The translations under genes were made by a program, and so were the position numbers. From Bispira polyomma (Eukaryota): DNA of 64,000 nucleotides. The DNA lies in the NCBI GenBank assembly GCA_965649765.1, contig OZ287756.1:7874001-7938000 (forward strand), written 5' to 3'. This document shows positions 34,938 through 48,240 of this stretch, piece after piece (the first letter of the stretch is position 1; every line of letters starts with the position of its first letter). The notes under the pieces were generated by a model. It was not told the DNA's origin and made no database searches. It worked only from the letters and a program-made list of their open reading frames with translations.

Positions 34938-35742
34938 TGTTACGGTCACGGGAGCAAGAGCGGTAGCAATTATCGGTTGCTTTAAAGTTGTAACAGCAAA
35001 AGACAATAAGTTTCTCTTAACAAATTTATTTAACAGTTAAAATAACAATTGCACAATTACAGAATTACAGTCAACTGAGATAATAGTTCAAATAATAATA
35101 CAATAATGAAACCAATCTGACCTGACCACAGTCCTGTCCACGTAAATAGCAATTAAACAAGTTTGTCCACTGTATCCAGCAATATGTCTTGAGATCCGCT
35201 CTGTGTCCACTAACACACAATACCTGTATCCTGTTATCTGTTCTGGATCCACGAAGACAAAATGTATATTTCCAGACAATCTGCACCACTAAGCTATCCA
35301 GTCCAGGATGCAAAAAATATCCAATATGCAGCAAATCCAATCTCTGGTAGATCCACAACTTTATATCCAGTTCACTCCAATGAGTTCACCACAAAACGTA
35401 TATAATGTTCAGGTTATAACCACAGGAAAAGAAATAAAGTGTTTCACAGTATAGCAGTTTGTATAGCACACCAACTCAATAAACTCTAGTCTGTAGCCAG
35501 GCTTTCAACCCTTATATATACTACAGCTGCAGAATGTAATTAACAATTGCTAGAAGGTTCCAGAATGAGATGTAAACAGATTAACACAACTTTAATAACA
35601 ACAGAAACAAAATAGAACCAGCTTGTAGAAGCTTAGGTGTTCCCCAAATCTATAAATAGATCACTCTAGCAGAGTCCAAGAAATATTAGTACTTACTAGA
35701 CCGGTTCTGCTTTAACACACAACAATGTCCTTATATGTAACA
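34938..35742 (-). mobile_element. Solo LTR (805 bp) of an LTR retrotransposon
   Basis: TGTTAC...GTAACA termini and a perfect 5-bp TSD CAGAC (34933-34937, 35743-35747). On the - strand, TATATATAAGG (~35511-35521) precedes AATAAA (~35026-35031). Confidence 0.92.
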
Positions 35743-35949
35743 CAGACAAAGCTAGATAAATGGGATAAATTTATTGTTAATTGTCTATGAGTACGTTTTC
35801 CTTGGTGATGGTCATTCAAGGCTTAAACAACCTTTTGAGTAAATTTTGAAGAATATAATGGAACCAATGTGTAATCACCCTTATACCTTACTTAGGCTCT
35901 CGAAGTTCAAGTTATTCAGACTATTCCTCGAGACTAGAACTGGTTTTCC

Positions 35950-36470
35950 AAATTTGTGATCAGATCCACAATATAGTTAGATGCATGCCACCAAGGATTT
36001 GGTGCAAGATGGCAGGAGCAAATCGATGTAATAACAATGTAGTAATAACTCTGGGCTTTCAAGACCGTTTATAGTCCAAATAAAATGTTTAACATTCTGA
36101 TTGCTATAAGAAGATGGTCAGGTCACAAAATTGTTATACATTGTAACAATCAGGTAGTAGTCTCTGTGTTAACTTCTGGTAAAACCAGAGATTTAACCAT
36201 GGCTGCAATTGCAAGAACGTATTTATAGAAATAACAGTCAAAGACATCAATCTTGAAGTTTTATGTGTATAAGGGGTAAAAATAATCTGGTAGATAAGTT
36301 GTTATCAAGACGGGCTGCCACAAACAAATCAATACACACAAATTAAAAAAACTTACTCCGAACCCAGTAGGGGTTCCAACCACAGAGAATGAGTTACAAC
36401 TTGGATTCCCAAGGTTGCTGGTAGAGTAACCGCTAGATTGCATCATTCCTTTTGTCCATAAACCCAAAAT
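35950..36470 (-). pseudogene. Possible heavily decayed YR C-terminal fossil
   Basis: LWTKGMMQSS resembles KWSKTMQS. Little else is recognisable. Confidence 0.35.
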
Positions 36471-36499
36471 TCAGATAATTTTATATTTTGCAATTTTGT

Positions 36500-36930
36500 A
36501 GCTGTTTTTCCAATGCATTACTACTAATGATATTTCCCCACAACTGATATTAACCTGCATGGAGGTGCTGGTAACCAACTATGTTTCTCATCCAGCAGCT
36601 GACAAAGCCATATTGTCAATGGTAGGACCTCATATACACTCATTTGCAGGTCGTCGTATCAGATATTTCACCCAACCAGTTGCTATTCGGTTAAAGACTA
36701 AGGTGAAGCCAGTAATTGACATTCCTCTTTATCAAATATTGCAGAAGTGTATTTATATGTGTATGGGTCAAATAAGGATTTAATGTTCCCAGACTTCAAA
36801 GCGGTGTAATTCCATGCATATGGGTTAAATTTACAAAGCTCTTTAGCTTTTTTACTCTTTCTTTGGAATTTAAACCTTGTCCCAGATGATGTGGCTGCAT
36901 TCTCACCTCATTCTCCATTGGCTAGGGTCC
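36500..36930 (+). pseudogene. Fossil tyrosine recombinase fragment (copy 1)
   Basis: MEVLVTN...RIRYFTQ...KVKPVIDIPL.QILQKC.YM.MGQI aligns with E2 YR (DPKIAYYQKAV..KLKKIIDIQTLSQIVSVCDTTYM). Confidence 0.75.
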
Positions 36931-37454
36931 AGGGTCCAAACTTGGCTAGGGTCCAAAATGACAGACACAAACAAAATGGAAAAAATGCCCTCTATAGGGA
37001 AATCTACATTCTACCCTCTTAGGTCTGGAAAAAACTTACACTCATTCATTCCTGTAAGTATCAAACCTGCCTTTTTTTCAAGTAAAACAAAATGCTAGTG
37101 GTTTCCACTTACATTTTCTGACATTCGGTAGAAATTTAAGTACCTTCCTTCAAACTCTTTTCCTTCAAACTCTTATTGTATATGGAGGTATATTACCAAA
37201 GATCATTGTAACCTCTAATCAAGTGGTTCAAACCTTCAACCTCCTCCTACAACCCTCTTCTGTTACTTCTCAGTTGGGCCTCGGCGTATATTATTATATA
37301 AAATTGTACATTGTTAGGGGACATATTACAAACTCTTAACTTGATGCTCATCCTAAACTAAATCCCCATTTAAATTAGGGCCCCCTTAAGCTAAAGTTAA
37401 ATTTACTTTAAAGTCAAGTATAACTTTCTAGTCTGTACATACTAATATATAAAA

Positions 37455-38026
37455 AATATATATATATATATACCATAGAATACGTAAACTCATATATGTA
37501 TCATAGAATACGTATACTCATATATATACCATAGAATACGTTTACTCATATATATAACATAGAATACGTATACTCATATATATACCATAGAATACGTATA
37601 CTCATATGTATCATAGAATATGTATACTCATATATATATCATAGAATACGTATACTCATATATATATAACATAGAATACCTATACTCATATATATACCAC
37701 AGAATACGGATACTCATATATATACCATAGAATACGTTTACTCATATATATAACATAGAATATGTATACTCATATATATATATACCATAGAATACGTATA
37801 CTCATATGTATCATAGAATATGTATACTCATGTATATATCATAGAATACGTATACTCATATATATAACATAGAATACCTATACTCATATATATACCATAG
37901 AATACGTATACTCATATATATATATCATAGAAAAAGTATACTCATATATATACCATAGAATACGTAAACTCATATATATACATATATAACATAGAATATG
38001 TATACTCATATATATAACATAGAATA
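37455..38026. repeat. ~28-bp AT-rich minisatellite, ~20 units
   Basis: Unit TATATACCATAGAATACGTATACTCATA. Confidence 0.97.
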
Positions 38027-38089
38027 AAACTAACATTTCACCAGTAGTTGTTTTGTTATAATCTTAAATGCATACACAAAGAGGAAAAC

Positions 38090-38210
38090 ACACAAGTTAC
38101 ACATTATATGCCTCACACAGATGTCACTTCATACCTCAAAAAATTGCATTGGCTTCCTATTCATTATAGACTTTTGTTTAAAATCAATGTCATCAGCTTT
38201 ATATCTGACA
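38090..38210 (+). mobile_element. L2-clade LINE ORF2 C-terminal fragment
   Basis: DVTSYLKKLHWLPIHYRLLFKI matches the L2 HITPxLxxLHWLPxxxRIxFK motif. Confidence 0.7.
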
Positions 38211-38499
38211 GCCCCCACCTTGCTACTCCTCTTTTCCTCAGTAACCTTGACAGAGGTACAGACTCTGTTTATTCTGACAAAAAACCCACCCCAAGATGTT
38301 ATGGAATAGTCTTTATATTGGGTTCTTAGATCACTGTCCAAGTTTAAAAGAAACCTCGATTACCACTCTTAATGCCATCAGTGTACGCCCCCACATCTTT
38401 CCATATGATGTGGCTGTATGTTGGACCACACAAAAGGTTTGCCAAGTCAGTTGTAGGACTTCAGAAGATGCTCGCAATACAATACAATAAATGCAATTA

Positions 38500-39520
38500 C
38501 AATATCCTTCGCCCCAATAGGGTTTGGATAATGTGGATATATTTGTGAAGAGAGGGTATTAAAGAGCAAATGTAATTCGTCCCCAGGAATTCTTATTGAT
38601 GTACATATTAACATGATGTATTCCATAGAGTATATTTTTCTTCATTGTTTTGCTGGCCTTTTCAATTATTTAAATTATTTCCACAGGGAATTTTTATGTG
38701 CTTATAAAAGCCAATAAATAAATTTTGGTGTAGTTTTCTTTTTTTTATTAGTCTGTGCGTTGCAGGGAATTATAAGCTCAGGTCAATGGCTATAACTTAA
38801 GATGCACTGAATTGATTTACCAGGTCTATTGTGTGTATTATAATCCAGATCCAACAGAAAGTAGTCTGAATGAAAGAAAAGGTTTGCGAGGGAAAAGTTT
38901 ATCCGCAACCTGTAGATGTAAGTTATGGCAGGAGAGTGAGTTGATACAAATATGTTTTGTGTTTTTTAAAAGCCTGTGGTATTTTTTGTTTCAGTAAGTA
39001 CACTGCGAGGGAGTCGATTCCATCTCGAATTCAATGTTACTTTAACTGATCAAACTCCTGTTTTTTTTGGCTATATAAACAACATTATGCACAAACAATT
39101 GTAAACAACTTACTTTGTGTTAACATATATTGATATTATGTAGTAATTGCAACTGATATTCTTTTACTCATTCAGACAGTTACCTTGGAACAAATAGTTC
39201 TTAGGCTCCCAGGCATAGGAAGATACATAGTGGTTTGGATGGTCACTTAAAATGGCGGTCCTCTACCACCGGGTCCAATCCACAAGGGCAGGCTAATAAA
39301 TTTTAGGTAAGTTGATCAATTTTAAAGGCCTGTTTCTTTAGTTCAGTAGGGGTAAAGGGAAATAAATACCATAGAATTAATGGATTCTGGTACTCAAAGG
39401 CCTTTGGTTGCAGTATATAAGTCTATATACTGTTACACGAGGGACTCAAAACACATCATTGGGTTAAAGTGAACAAATGTTTTTGAAAAAAGCAGGTCAC
39501 AGAAGGTTTATTACATTCTA
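38500..39520 (-). repeat. Diverged paralogue of 48600-49500 (probable fossil YR-element pol)
   Basis: Shared blocks such as ATTCTTATT.ATGTACATATTA.CATGATGTATT and CTTTGGTTGCA..ATAAGTCTATATACTGTT. The - strand of the paralogue reads IPDG..GNMYINKNIR (cf. IPDQK..GKLIYINRCMK). Confidence 0.6.
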
Positions 39521-41359
39521 ATACCCTCACTACACATTTGTGTTATATTGAATAACATGTTGTCTAGTATATTTTATAACTCAAGCAAGAATACTCTTTT
39601 GTCAAGAATTCCACTTCAAAAAATTTTGGTTTTTATCAATTTGTTGAGAAATAGGATATTTGGGATGCTTTCAGGTGTGTATCAATTTTAGTGTGTTGGA
39701 ATTATTAAACAAAGGTATTTAATACATGTGGTAAGAAAATGTGGACAACTTTAGATAATAGGCATAATACATTAATGTATGTGTACTAGTGGAGAGAACT
39801 GAGAATGATAAGGATCCTATAAGGATACATTCCATAAACATTGCAGGAAAAAAGTATAATTATCATTGTGGTATCAATATATTATATTAGAAACACAAAA
39901 TGTTTACATATTATTTGTAGTTGCAACTGCTACGAGATCACATTTTCCAAAATTATTTTGCTTGTGTGTGAAATATTACTGCATAATAATTTATTTTCAC
40001 ATAGACGGTCTTCCACATAGCCTGTATTTATTATAAGCTAATCTAAATCTTGGCAGACACAATATCTTCATCAAAAGTGTAAGTTGATAAAAACTATCAA
40101 TAAAGGGGTGAGTAATCCAGAGAGATGTTATTATAGATCATGGAAGGGATTTCAGTAGGGAAGGCTGATGCAAATACGTTTTATGGGAGCTTTATAAATG
40201 AGGTAAGGCATGTATTACATCTAATAGGTATAGAATTCAAAAAAGGGAGGATAGCAACTAAAAGAAAATTAATTACTTTGGCTTCAGCTCATGAAAATGA
40301 AACACTAAAAAATCCATTTCTTTGTGAATTTAAAAATATTAATTACCATAAGCAGAAAATATAAAATGTAAAGAAAAATTTATGCAAAAATCGTGATCAA
40401 TGCCTAGAGTTTTGTAAAATTTCTTACGAATAGTAAACTAGAAGAGTACTGATTAGAGTGCATACATTTGACCAGTCTCTGAAACATGTGAAATATTTCT
40501 GGATGCACTGGTGCAGCCCCCCCCCCCCCCCCCCCCCTCTTGGTTAACCTACCATCTCTCTACTATTTTTTTTTTTTGAAAATTGGTGCAGTAATAGTTT
40601 TGTGTAATCGTGGAGACAAAGTAAAAGACACATGCAAAATCTAACTACTGTGGCCAATGTAAAAAATCAAAGATCCATTTAGATTAAAGTTTTAACTAAT
40701 ATATGCAGTCGATCGATATAAGTTATGTTTTTCGTTACTATATTCCATTGCAAAAGAAATTTTATTTGCTTCAGGAAAAACACATCTGTATGATGTAGCT
40801 TTTCCACCTCAACTTTTGTCTTGTGGTTACGACTAAACTCTAATCACGAATCTTTCCTCCTGTCAGACTATTCTTTTGCATGCTGACTGGGATGTGAGCC
40901 ACAGGGGATGCCAGTTCACCAATTGTGGCACTATAGAAGTAAAAACAATAAATATTCTAATTAAACACAATTAATTTTTTTGGCAAGGTTCCTTAATTTC
41001 AGATGAACTATAATCACAGGAGATAATGCTACTTAACTTCATTGAATTGTATATAATTATTACTAAACACTTAATATAAAAAATGTCTCTATTTAGTTAT
41101 GGTCAGTAAAAGTTAAAATCATAGACATCTTTGCCATAGCTCTGATTGCATCAATGACCAACCAGTTGTTTGATCTGTTGTATGCCTGGTCAATTTAAAT
41201 TACACCAACAACAAAACATTGTGAAATTAAGTCGACATGTATCTTTCATTTTACAGAAAAAGGTTTTGGTAAATTAGAGTGGGACTGGGTAATGTGAATG
41301 TCTATGCCAACTTGTCAAGAAGTGTCACATCAGCCATTGTCAAATATTGCGATTTTAGT

Positions 41360-41570
41360 TGGTTGTTTATTTACGTCGCTTTCATCAGCTTATGTTATAT
41401 CATGAGGACCAAATTCAATGGTAAAAGAAACTGGTACTAAATCTACTGAAAACCACTGATCTGTTGCAAATACATGTCAAACCTTACCCACATGAAGGAA
41501 CACAGATGATTTAAAGCCACAGTGGTGAGAGGCCAGTGATTTTGTGAACAATTCTACCCACTAAGCCACC
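41360..41570 (-). mobile_element. Degenerate tRNA-derived SINE
   Basis: The - strand begins GGTGGCTTAGTGG (A box), followed by ATCACTGGCCTCTCACC as in the 60200-60442 SINE. Confidence 0.6.
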
Positions 41571-41679
41571 TCACCACATGTTTTGTGCCCCAGGAGGCTT
41601 CATAACAGTGTTTACAGCCACCATGACCAATTTACTTAGCAGTTACAATGTGAGGTGCTTTTGATGGCGTAACAAAAAA

Positions 41680-42100
41680 GACATAGCGAGATATTGTCAT
41701 CACACAACGATTTTTACAAAAAGTACTAAGAATGAAGTATATAATACAAATTTGTCTGGCCACAACAATAATGGCTATTATTGTGTAATAAACCTGTGGT
41801 GGCTGTTGTTTTTAGAGATTGTAGGATAAATATACTTTGTTGGCATTTATAGGAGATTGTAAGACTATAACATATATTTATACATCCATCACAAACTATT
41901 GACATCACTGGTTTACTTATAGAACTACATACAATCATTGTCATCACCATCACTCCTCAAATATGATGTTGAAAAGATACCTTTTCTGGGGACAAAAGCA
42001 TTACATGTAACTGATACTGAGTGAGTGTAGAGACAGTTTAGGTTTACACTTTTAACATATTAAATACTTTAAAGTAAAAATACTTGCATAGAGATACCAT
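41680..42100 (-). repeat. Diverged copy of the 180-1000 fossil repeat
   Basis: Matches 12700-13080 (TAGAACTACATAC..CATTGTCA.CACCATCA). Confidence 0.75.
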
Positions 42101-43329
42101 TTTTCCTTTTTTTTTAACTGATAAAAAAAGCTTATTCCCCTATTAAAATAATTTTTTCAGACACCTTGTGCAGAGGGGAGGGGTTGCAACCCACTCACAG
42201 GGACTTTATAATACACTGCACCTCGCAGGGTGGCTTAAGGTTATGAAAATATTAAATATAACAGCATTACACAGTAACAATAAATTAATTAATTTTATAG
42301 TAGTAAGGAAAAAACAAACCATTTTTTAATTTAGTATATACAAAACAAGAAAAAAACCCATTTATAAGCCAAAAAAATACATGAAATGAAAAAAAAAGAA
42401 AATTACAGGATAGCTTTCTTAATTTCACTGGAACATTTTTTTTAATAAATTCCAATTTTTATTGAATAATTCCTCCTTCAAATCAAGCTTAGCAACTAGC
42501 TTTTGTTCGTCATACATATTTTCAATTTTCTATAGTATTTAAAGAACGTCTTGAATTGAAATATGTAGCTTTTAATGAAAAGAAAAAGCATATTGATTGG
42601 AATGAAGTTGTTATCCATAGTTAAATATCTTTGAGTGTGTTAAAGGACCAGCATTTTATTAATACCTGTCTTGGTCTTGATCCATGTTTGTACCTATTTC
42701 TAAAAGTTAAGACTAACAGGACAAAGTGAGAAGAGATGTATAGATTCTTGGGAGGATTTACACAGTAAGCAATTAGGAGAAGACGCTATACCTATTTTAT
42801 TAAGTAGTTTCTGGGTACCAAGAATATGATACAAAATTCTATGCTGAAACCTAATAAGGTAGTTGTCCTGGATTGTTTGGCTATTTCTTACTGTCTCTCA
42901 CATCTTTGTTTCTAAGGACAGTTTAAGCTTTGCTCTGTTAAGACCATATTTTTATGTCATCATCTATGGCATTCCAATAGCTTTCCCAAATTGCTTTCAC
43001 ACAATATCTTCTTCAGTGTAAATAGTCTCATTCTTTATCAACAAAGGAATACATTCATTTCCAGTTTTTTTAAATGTCCTGTACTGTAAAAAAGGGTATC
43101 TAATTTACCAGTTCTGTTTGCTTGTCACCAGGATTAAAAAAAACATTTTTTAAAAAGTTTGTTGGAGGATAGGTTGGCACCAAGGCTCTGTTCAACTTTG
43201 AAGTGGTCCCGAGTAAAAGTGTAGATGCAATAATTTTCTTTTCACTTCATGGACGATGACGACCATGGGAAGGTATGAGCTCCAATCCCCTTGTGAATTG
43301 TGTTTTCCATCTCCTCGTACAATTATCTT

Positions 43330-43830
43330 AAATAATCATGCATAATAGTGTGGCTGTATTCTATAAATAAAATTGTTTGTTTTTCAGTTTAGTGTTTTTG
43401 ATAATGCATCACTGCCAATGAAATAGCCCTCCATAGAGATGTTAGTAACCGACAATGTTTTTCAAAATTGTCAATTATCTTAGCAGCAGCTGTCAAATCG
43501 AGATTGACAGGACTTCGCATACACTTTTTTGCAGACCCTCATATCAGATATCTCACCCAAGCAGTTGCCCCTCGCAACCCATTAATGACAAAGATTAAGT
43601 CAATAATTTACATTTCCCTACTTCATCAAATAATACAGAAGTGTAATTACATGTATATGTGTCAAATTTACAAAAGCTCTTTAGCATTTTTTTCCTCTTC
43701 TTCAAATCTAGTCCCGCATTATGTGGATGCAGTCTCCTCTCACTTTCAATTGTCCAGGGGTGACATATTTTTTGCAGCCCCTGGGCTCCAGATACAGATA
43801 GAATGTTCTTAGACTTTACAATACATGTAT
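43330..43830 (+). pseudogene. Fossil tyrosine recombinase fragment (copy 2)
   Basis: VNYL.AAVK, FADPHIRYLTQAV, KIKSII.ISLLHQI, LAFFS..SNLVPH and LSRGDIFFAAPGL. Confidence 0.8.
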
Positions 43831-45274
43831 GACAAACAAACAATAAAACAGGCAAACTATTTACAACAGCACAGTAAGTATATATATTTACTTTCTTCCA
43901 AACCACAGTAAATTACCTGCCACAAATGCTCTATATCCTTATGAATTATTTTTCTGGGACTTGCACTTTACAGGGTTCAAAGACACTTCTGGACAGTCTC
44001 ATACATATTCCGCATCCAAGAACCTCATATTTACATTGGAAACTTGCATAGTGTCCTGCGTTGTGCTAAAAGCTAACTGAGAAGTTACTAAAAACAAGCA
44101 GAGATGATATTAGACAAAAATCAAAAGGACCCTTTAGATATCTTAATAATGAGATATTACAAATAACTAGAAGGACGACCAGTAGAGCACATACCTCAGC
44201 CAAAAGTGGAAAAAACTAGATGACAGAAAATGTCCTTTTAATAGGACCCACTAAAAAAAGTAAATCATTTCATTGTTTTCTTCTGTGTAATCGTAGCAAC
44301 AAACAGACTAACCAACATACACCATTAATAACCTAATCACCTTGGCAAAGGTACAAATGTCCCATTTTAAATGTTGACAATGAAATTACTTTCTGATTAA
44401 AAAAACAATATATATACTGGAAGTGTGCAGTGAACAAAAATAACATTGCACGTGTTGAACCTGTAAATTGGAGGAGATTATGGGAAACCAGTACGGTGGA
44501 ACACGATGAAATGGAATTTTAGGAAATACTATAATAGACAGTCTTCATCATGGAAATGAGGTCCTCAAAGTTCTACTTTATTCGCCAAATAAAAATACAA
44601 AAAAATACAGCTTTTGGATACCATAAACTCTTGTCTATCAGAGCTAGTCTATTATTCTACAAGCAGAGTCGGGCTGTATTCTAGAAATACCCAACTTGAG
44701 GAATTTATTGTTACATTACATCACAAAAAACAGGGAATAGAAAATTGATACAGTGACATTAGTTAATAAGGCATTGTCAGGCACATTGGTAGCTATTGAC
44801 ACCATATGCAATCTAATGCTTTTGATTTTCTTTTTCCAAATGAAATCCTATGAGTAGGACACAAAATCAGAAGAAACAAAAGCTTCACGCGTGTGTAGTT
44901 TCTTTGAGCAGGAGATTCATTGACCATATGGAATGAAAAATAATTACATATCCCCACATATCAGTTAGTTAATAAGCAAAAATAATTAAAATTATATAAA
45001 AACACTTTGATAGTTTGGCCCCTATAATGTGTGACATGTGAATGTAATTGTGGGTAGTACGCTCTAGTTAAAGTGCCAATGAAAATGTCAATATCCTGAA
45101 AATTAAAAACAGTAAATTCTTGTTACCTTTACAGCACTGATGCCATATGGATCAAGAAAGAATTAATTTTTGGTACAGAAACAGTACAAGGTCGGATTGA
45201 TTCACTGTAATGCCTTGGTGGAGTACCCTTCTTGTTTTGTTAATAAGTCTTACAAGAAACGCATACAGGAAATT

Positions 45275-45390
45275 GATTAGAATCACTTGCTAATCATCAC
45301 TGGTCTCTCACTATTGTGGGTTCGAATCATGTCCCCTCCTTAATGTGGCAGGTATTTGCCGTCAGTTGGTGATTTTTTCACCACTAAATC
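45275..45390 (+). mobile_element. SINE fragment
   Basis: ATCACTGGTCTCTCAC...GGGTTCGAATC (B box). It sits at the position orthologous to 53450 and 58421. Confidence 0.55.
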
Positions 45391-47719
45391 TGTTTAAACT
45401 CACACAAAGAGCCATCTGAATTAATATAGGAAATTGCAAGGCAATCAGCTTTTCATTGTAATCAAGCTACTTATCATCTATACCCAAGGTCATTGGTGTT
45501 TATCTCTAGTGAGAAGTAATGCAAATATTCGCCAGCGTTAACTTATGTAATGAAAATATCAACATGGTAATCAAGCTGGCCAAATGTTATTTTTTGCATA
45601 GTTGCACTTTCTTACCACACGTGCATTACAAACAATATGACTTACTTAGCATCACTAAGTAATTGTAAATTAATTAACTTGCATTTAGTAATTGAAATGC
45701 CCACAGCCAATGAAAACACAGCTTTCAATTAAGCCTTTTTACAATACTTTAGCTGGTTATATGTTTGATGAGAACTGTAGAAAGTGATAAAATTTGTGAA
45801 GAAAGCAAGACATGTTCTTTATAATTTGTGTTAAACTTATACCAGCATGTACAGAAATAAATTTGAATAATAATATCAAATTTAAAAATTAATTTCAGGA
45901 GTAAATTACACATGCTATAATTTGATCATGATATTGTTTTAATGCAACTAACTAAAAATAAAGTAGTTGAGAAATATGGCATGTTTTTGAATTTTGCCAA
46001 ACTTGGTTATAGTCCTTGAAACTATAAAAAAATGTTAAAGGAATAAAGGAATACATGCAGCAATTTAAACATATATAACTCATGTCGTGTAATCCCCCTG
46101 TGCCTCCCAACAAAGATAAAAAATACTACATTCTTTCCTTAAGGTAACACCGGCAATATTTTGTATTTTACTACTCATTGGAGACAGTTCCTAGCGACTG
46201 TGAGTTTACCTATATAAGGGAAAAAGTGTCATTCAGTTCACTTTACATCATAGTTATTTTCAAGGGAACACCTCTAACCACTAATTAGCCACCATTTTAA
46301 AAACAGGGTGTATCATTTTAGCCATACTGGCTTCATTTAAGCTATAACACAGAACCAGAAACAAGAGTAATCTGAAGTATTACAACAGTGGCACATTTTG
46401 TGAATCCCCAGTGGAGAACAGGAATATACCCAGTAATTTATACATATGCATATAAATGTCATGTAACCCCCCTGTGCCTTTCTAACAGAGAGGGAAAAAG
46501 GCTAAATTTCAGAATTCATAATGGGGTAATGTTACACTGTACTACAGTACATGCAAGAATTCTCATTAGGTAAAAATTGATACTTTTCTGTAAAACCCTA
46601 AAGGCCCTTGGTGGCACAGTGATAACACATGCTGCTCCCACCTCTTCAGTCCTGTAGCAATGCTTAGTCATTCAGTTCTGTGGGGTAAATTTGACAGTAG
46701 ACATGCAGGACAGAATGAATAACCTTAAAAAAAGTCACTGTGAAAAACTGTGAAAAGAATATTAAAATCAAAAATAATGTTAACCATTACTGACTGACAA
46801 TTCTTTTTCTAAAAGAGAGCAATGTTTTTTGTATCAACTTATTATTTCTAAAAATTGTAATGGCAAAATATATAGCCCACATATTGTGTTTTTAGGAAGG
46901 ATATAATCTAATTGATATTTGTAATTGATTAGGGTTGTATTACTATTTTAAGCTGTATCCAACTTTCTAATAATTGCAAATATATCTCTGTTGACGCTTG
47001 GGAAAAATAAAATAATTACTTTAATCCTTTACAAAATGTCCGAGCATACCCAGCATACAAATGTTAAAGCGGAAACGCGATACTCTGATACAGATGTGTT
47101 TTTTTTTGGAAGCCTGTAATCTTTACCTCAGCTCTAAGACTGGCAGGGAGACTATTATATTCACTCAGAGATGGGGAGACAATTTCACCTGGTAAAACTG
47201 CTAAGATATAACATACTTCTGAATAATTTATCGTCGCTTTTTATCACTGTCTCTCACATCTTAGTTTCTAAGGACAGTTTAACCTTTGCTCTGTCAGGAC
47301 CATCCTTTTGCATCGTCATTTAACTGTCTGCTTACTCAGAACATTAAAAACAAACAGGGTTTAAGTGAGCATATGGCATTCCAATAGCTTTCCTAAATTG
47401 CTTTCACACAATATTTTCGTCAGTGCAAATAGTCTCATTCTTTATTAACAAAGGAATACATACATTTTCAGTTTTTTAAAAATGTCCTGTACTAAAATGA
47501 AAGGTATCTAATTTACTGGTTCTGTTTGTTTTTCACCAGGATTAAAAAAATCATTATTAAAAAGTTTGTTGGAGGATGGGATGACACCAAGGCTCAGTTA
47601 AACTTTGGAGTGGTCCGAAGTAGACGTGTAGATGCAATAATGTTTTTTCCACTTCATGGACGATGCCGACTTTGGGCAGGTATGAGCACCATTCCCCATA
47701 TAAATTAGGTTTGCTATGT

Positions 47720-48240
47720 CCATGTGCATAATAGTGTGGCTGTATTCTATAAATAAAATTGTTTGTTTTTCAATTTGGTGTTTTTACCAATGCATAACTG
47801 CCAATGATATAACCCTACATGGAGGTGTTGGTAACCAACAATGTTTTTCACTAAAAAATTGTCAATTATTTTAGCAGCAGCTGTCAAATTTAGATTGTTA
47901 ATGGCAGGACATCGCATACACTCATTTGCAGACCCTCGTATCAGATATTTTATCCAAGCTGCTGCCCCTCCCAACCCATTAAATACTAGGATTAAGTCAA
48001 TAATTGACATTTCCCTACTTCATCAAATAACACAGAAGTGTAATTACATGTATGTGGGTCAATTTACAAAAGAAACTTTGTATCTTTAACTTTTTTTCCT
48101 TTAGAATGTCAAACCTAGTCCCATATGATGTGGCTGCAGTCTCCTCTCACTTTCAATTGTCTAAGGGTGACATTGACAATTTTTTTTGCAGCCCCTTAGC
48201 TCCACCTACAGATTAAATGTTCCAAGACTTTGAAAAACCA
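47720..48240 (+). pseudogene. Fossil tyrosine recombinase fragment (copy 3)
   Basis: YMEVLVTNNV..KIVNY, FADPRIRYFIQA, FFPLRMSNLVP-like (retains R), LSKGDI and IKCSKTL. Confidence 0.8.

Noticed and set aside
40000-40330. Possible LINE C-terminal fragment on the - strand (CLPRFRLA)
   Set aside because: A single short motif, insufficient to call.
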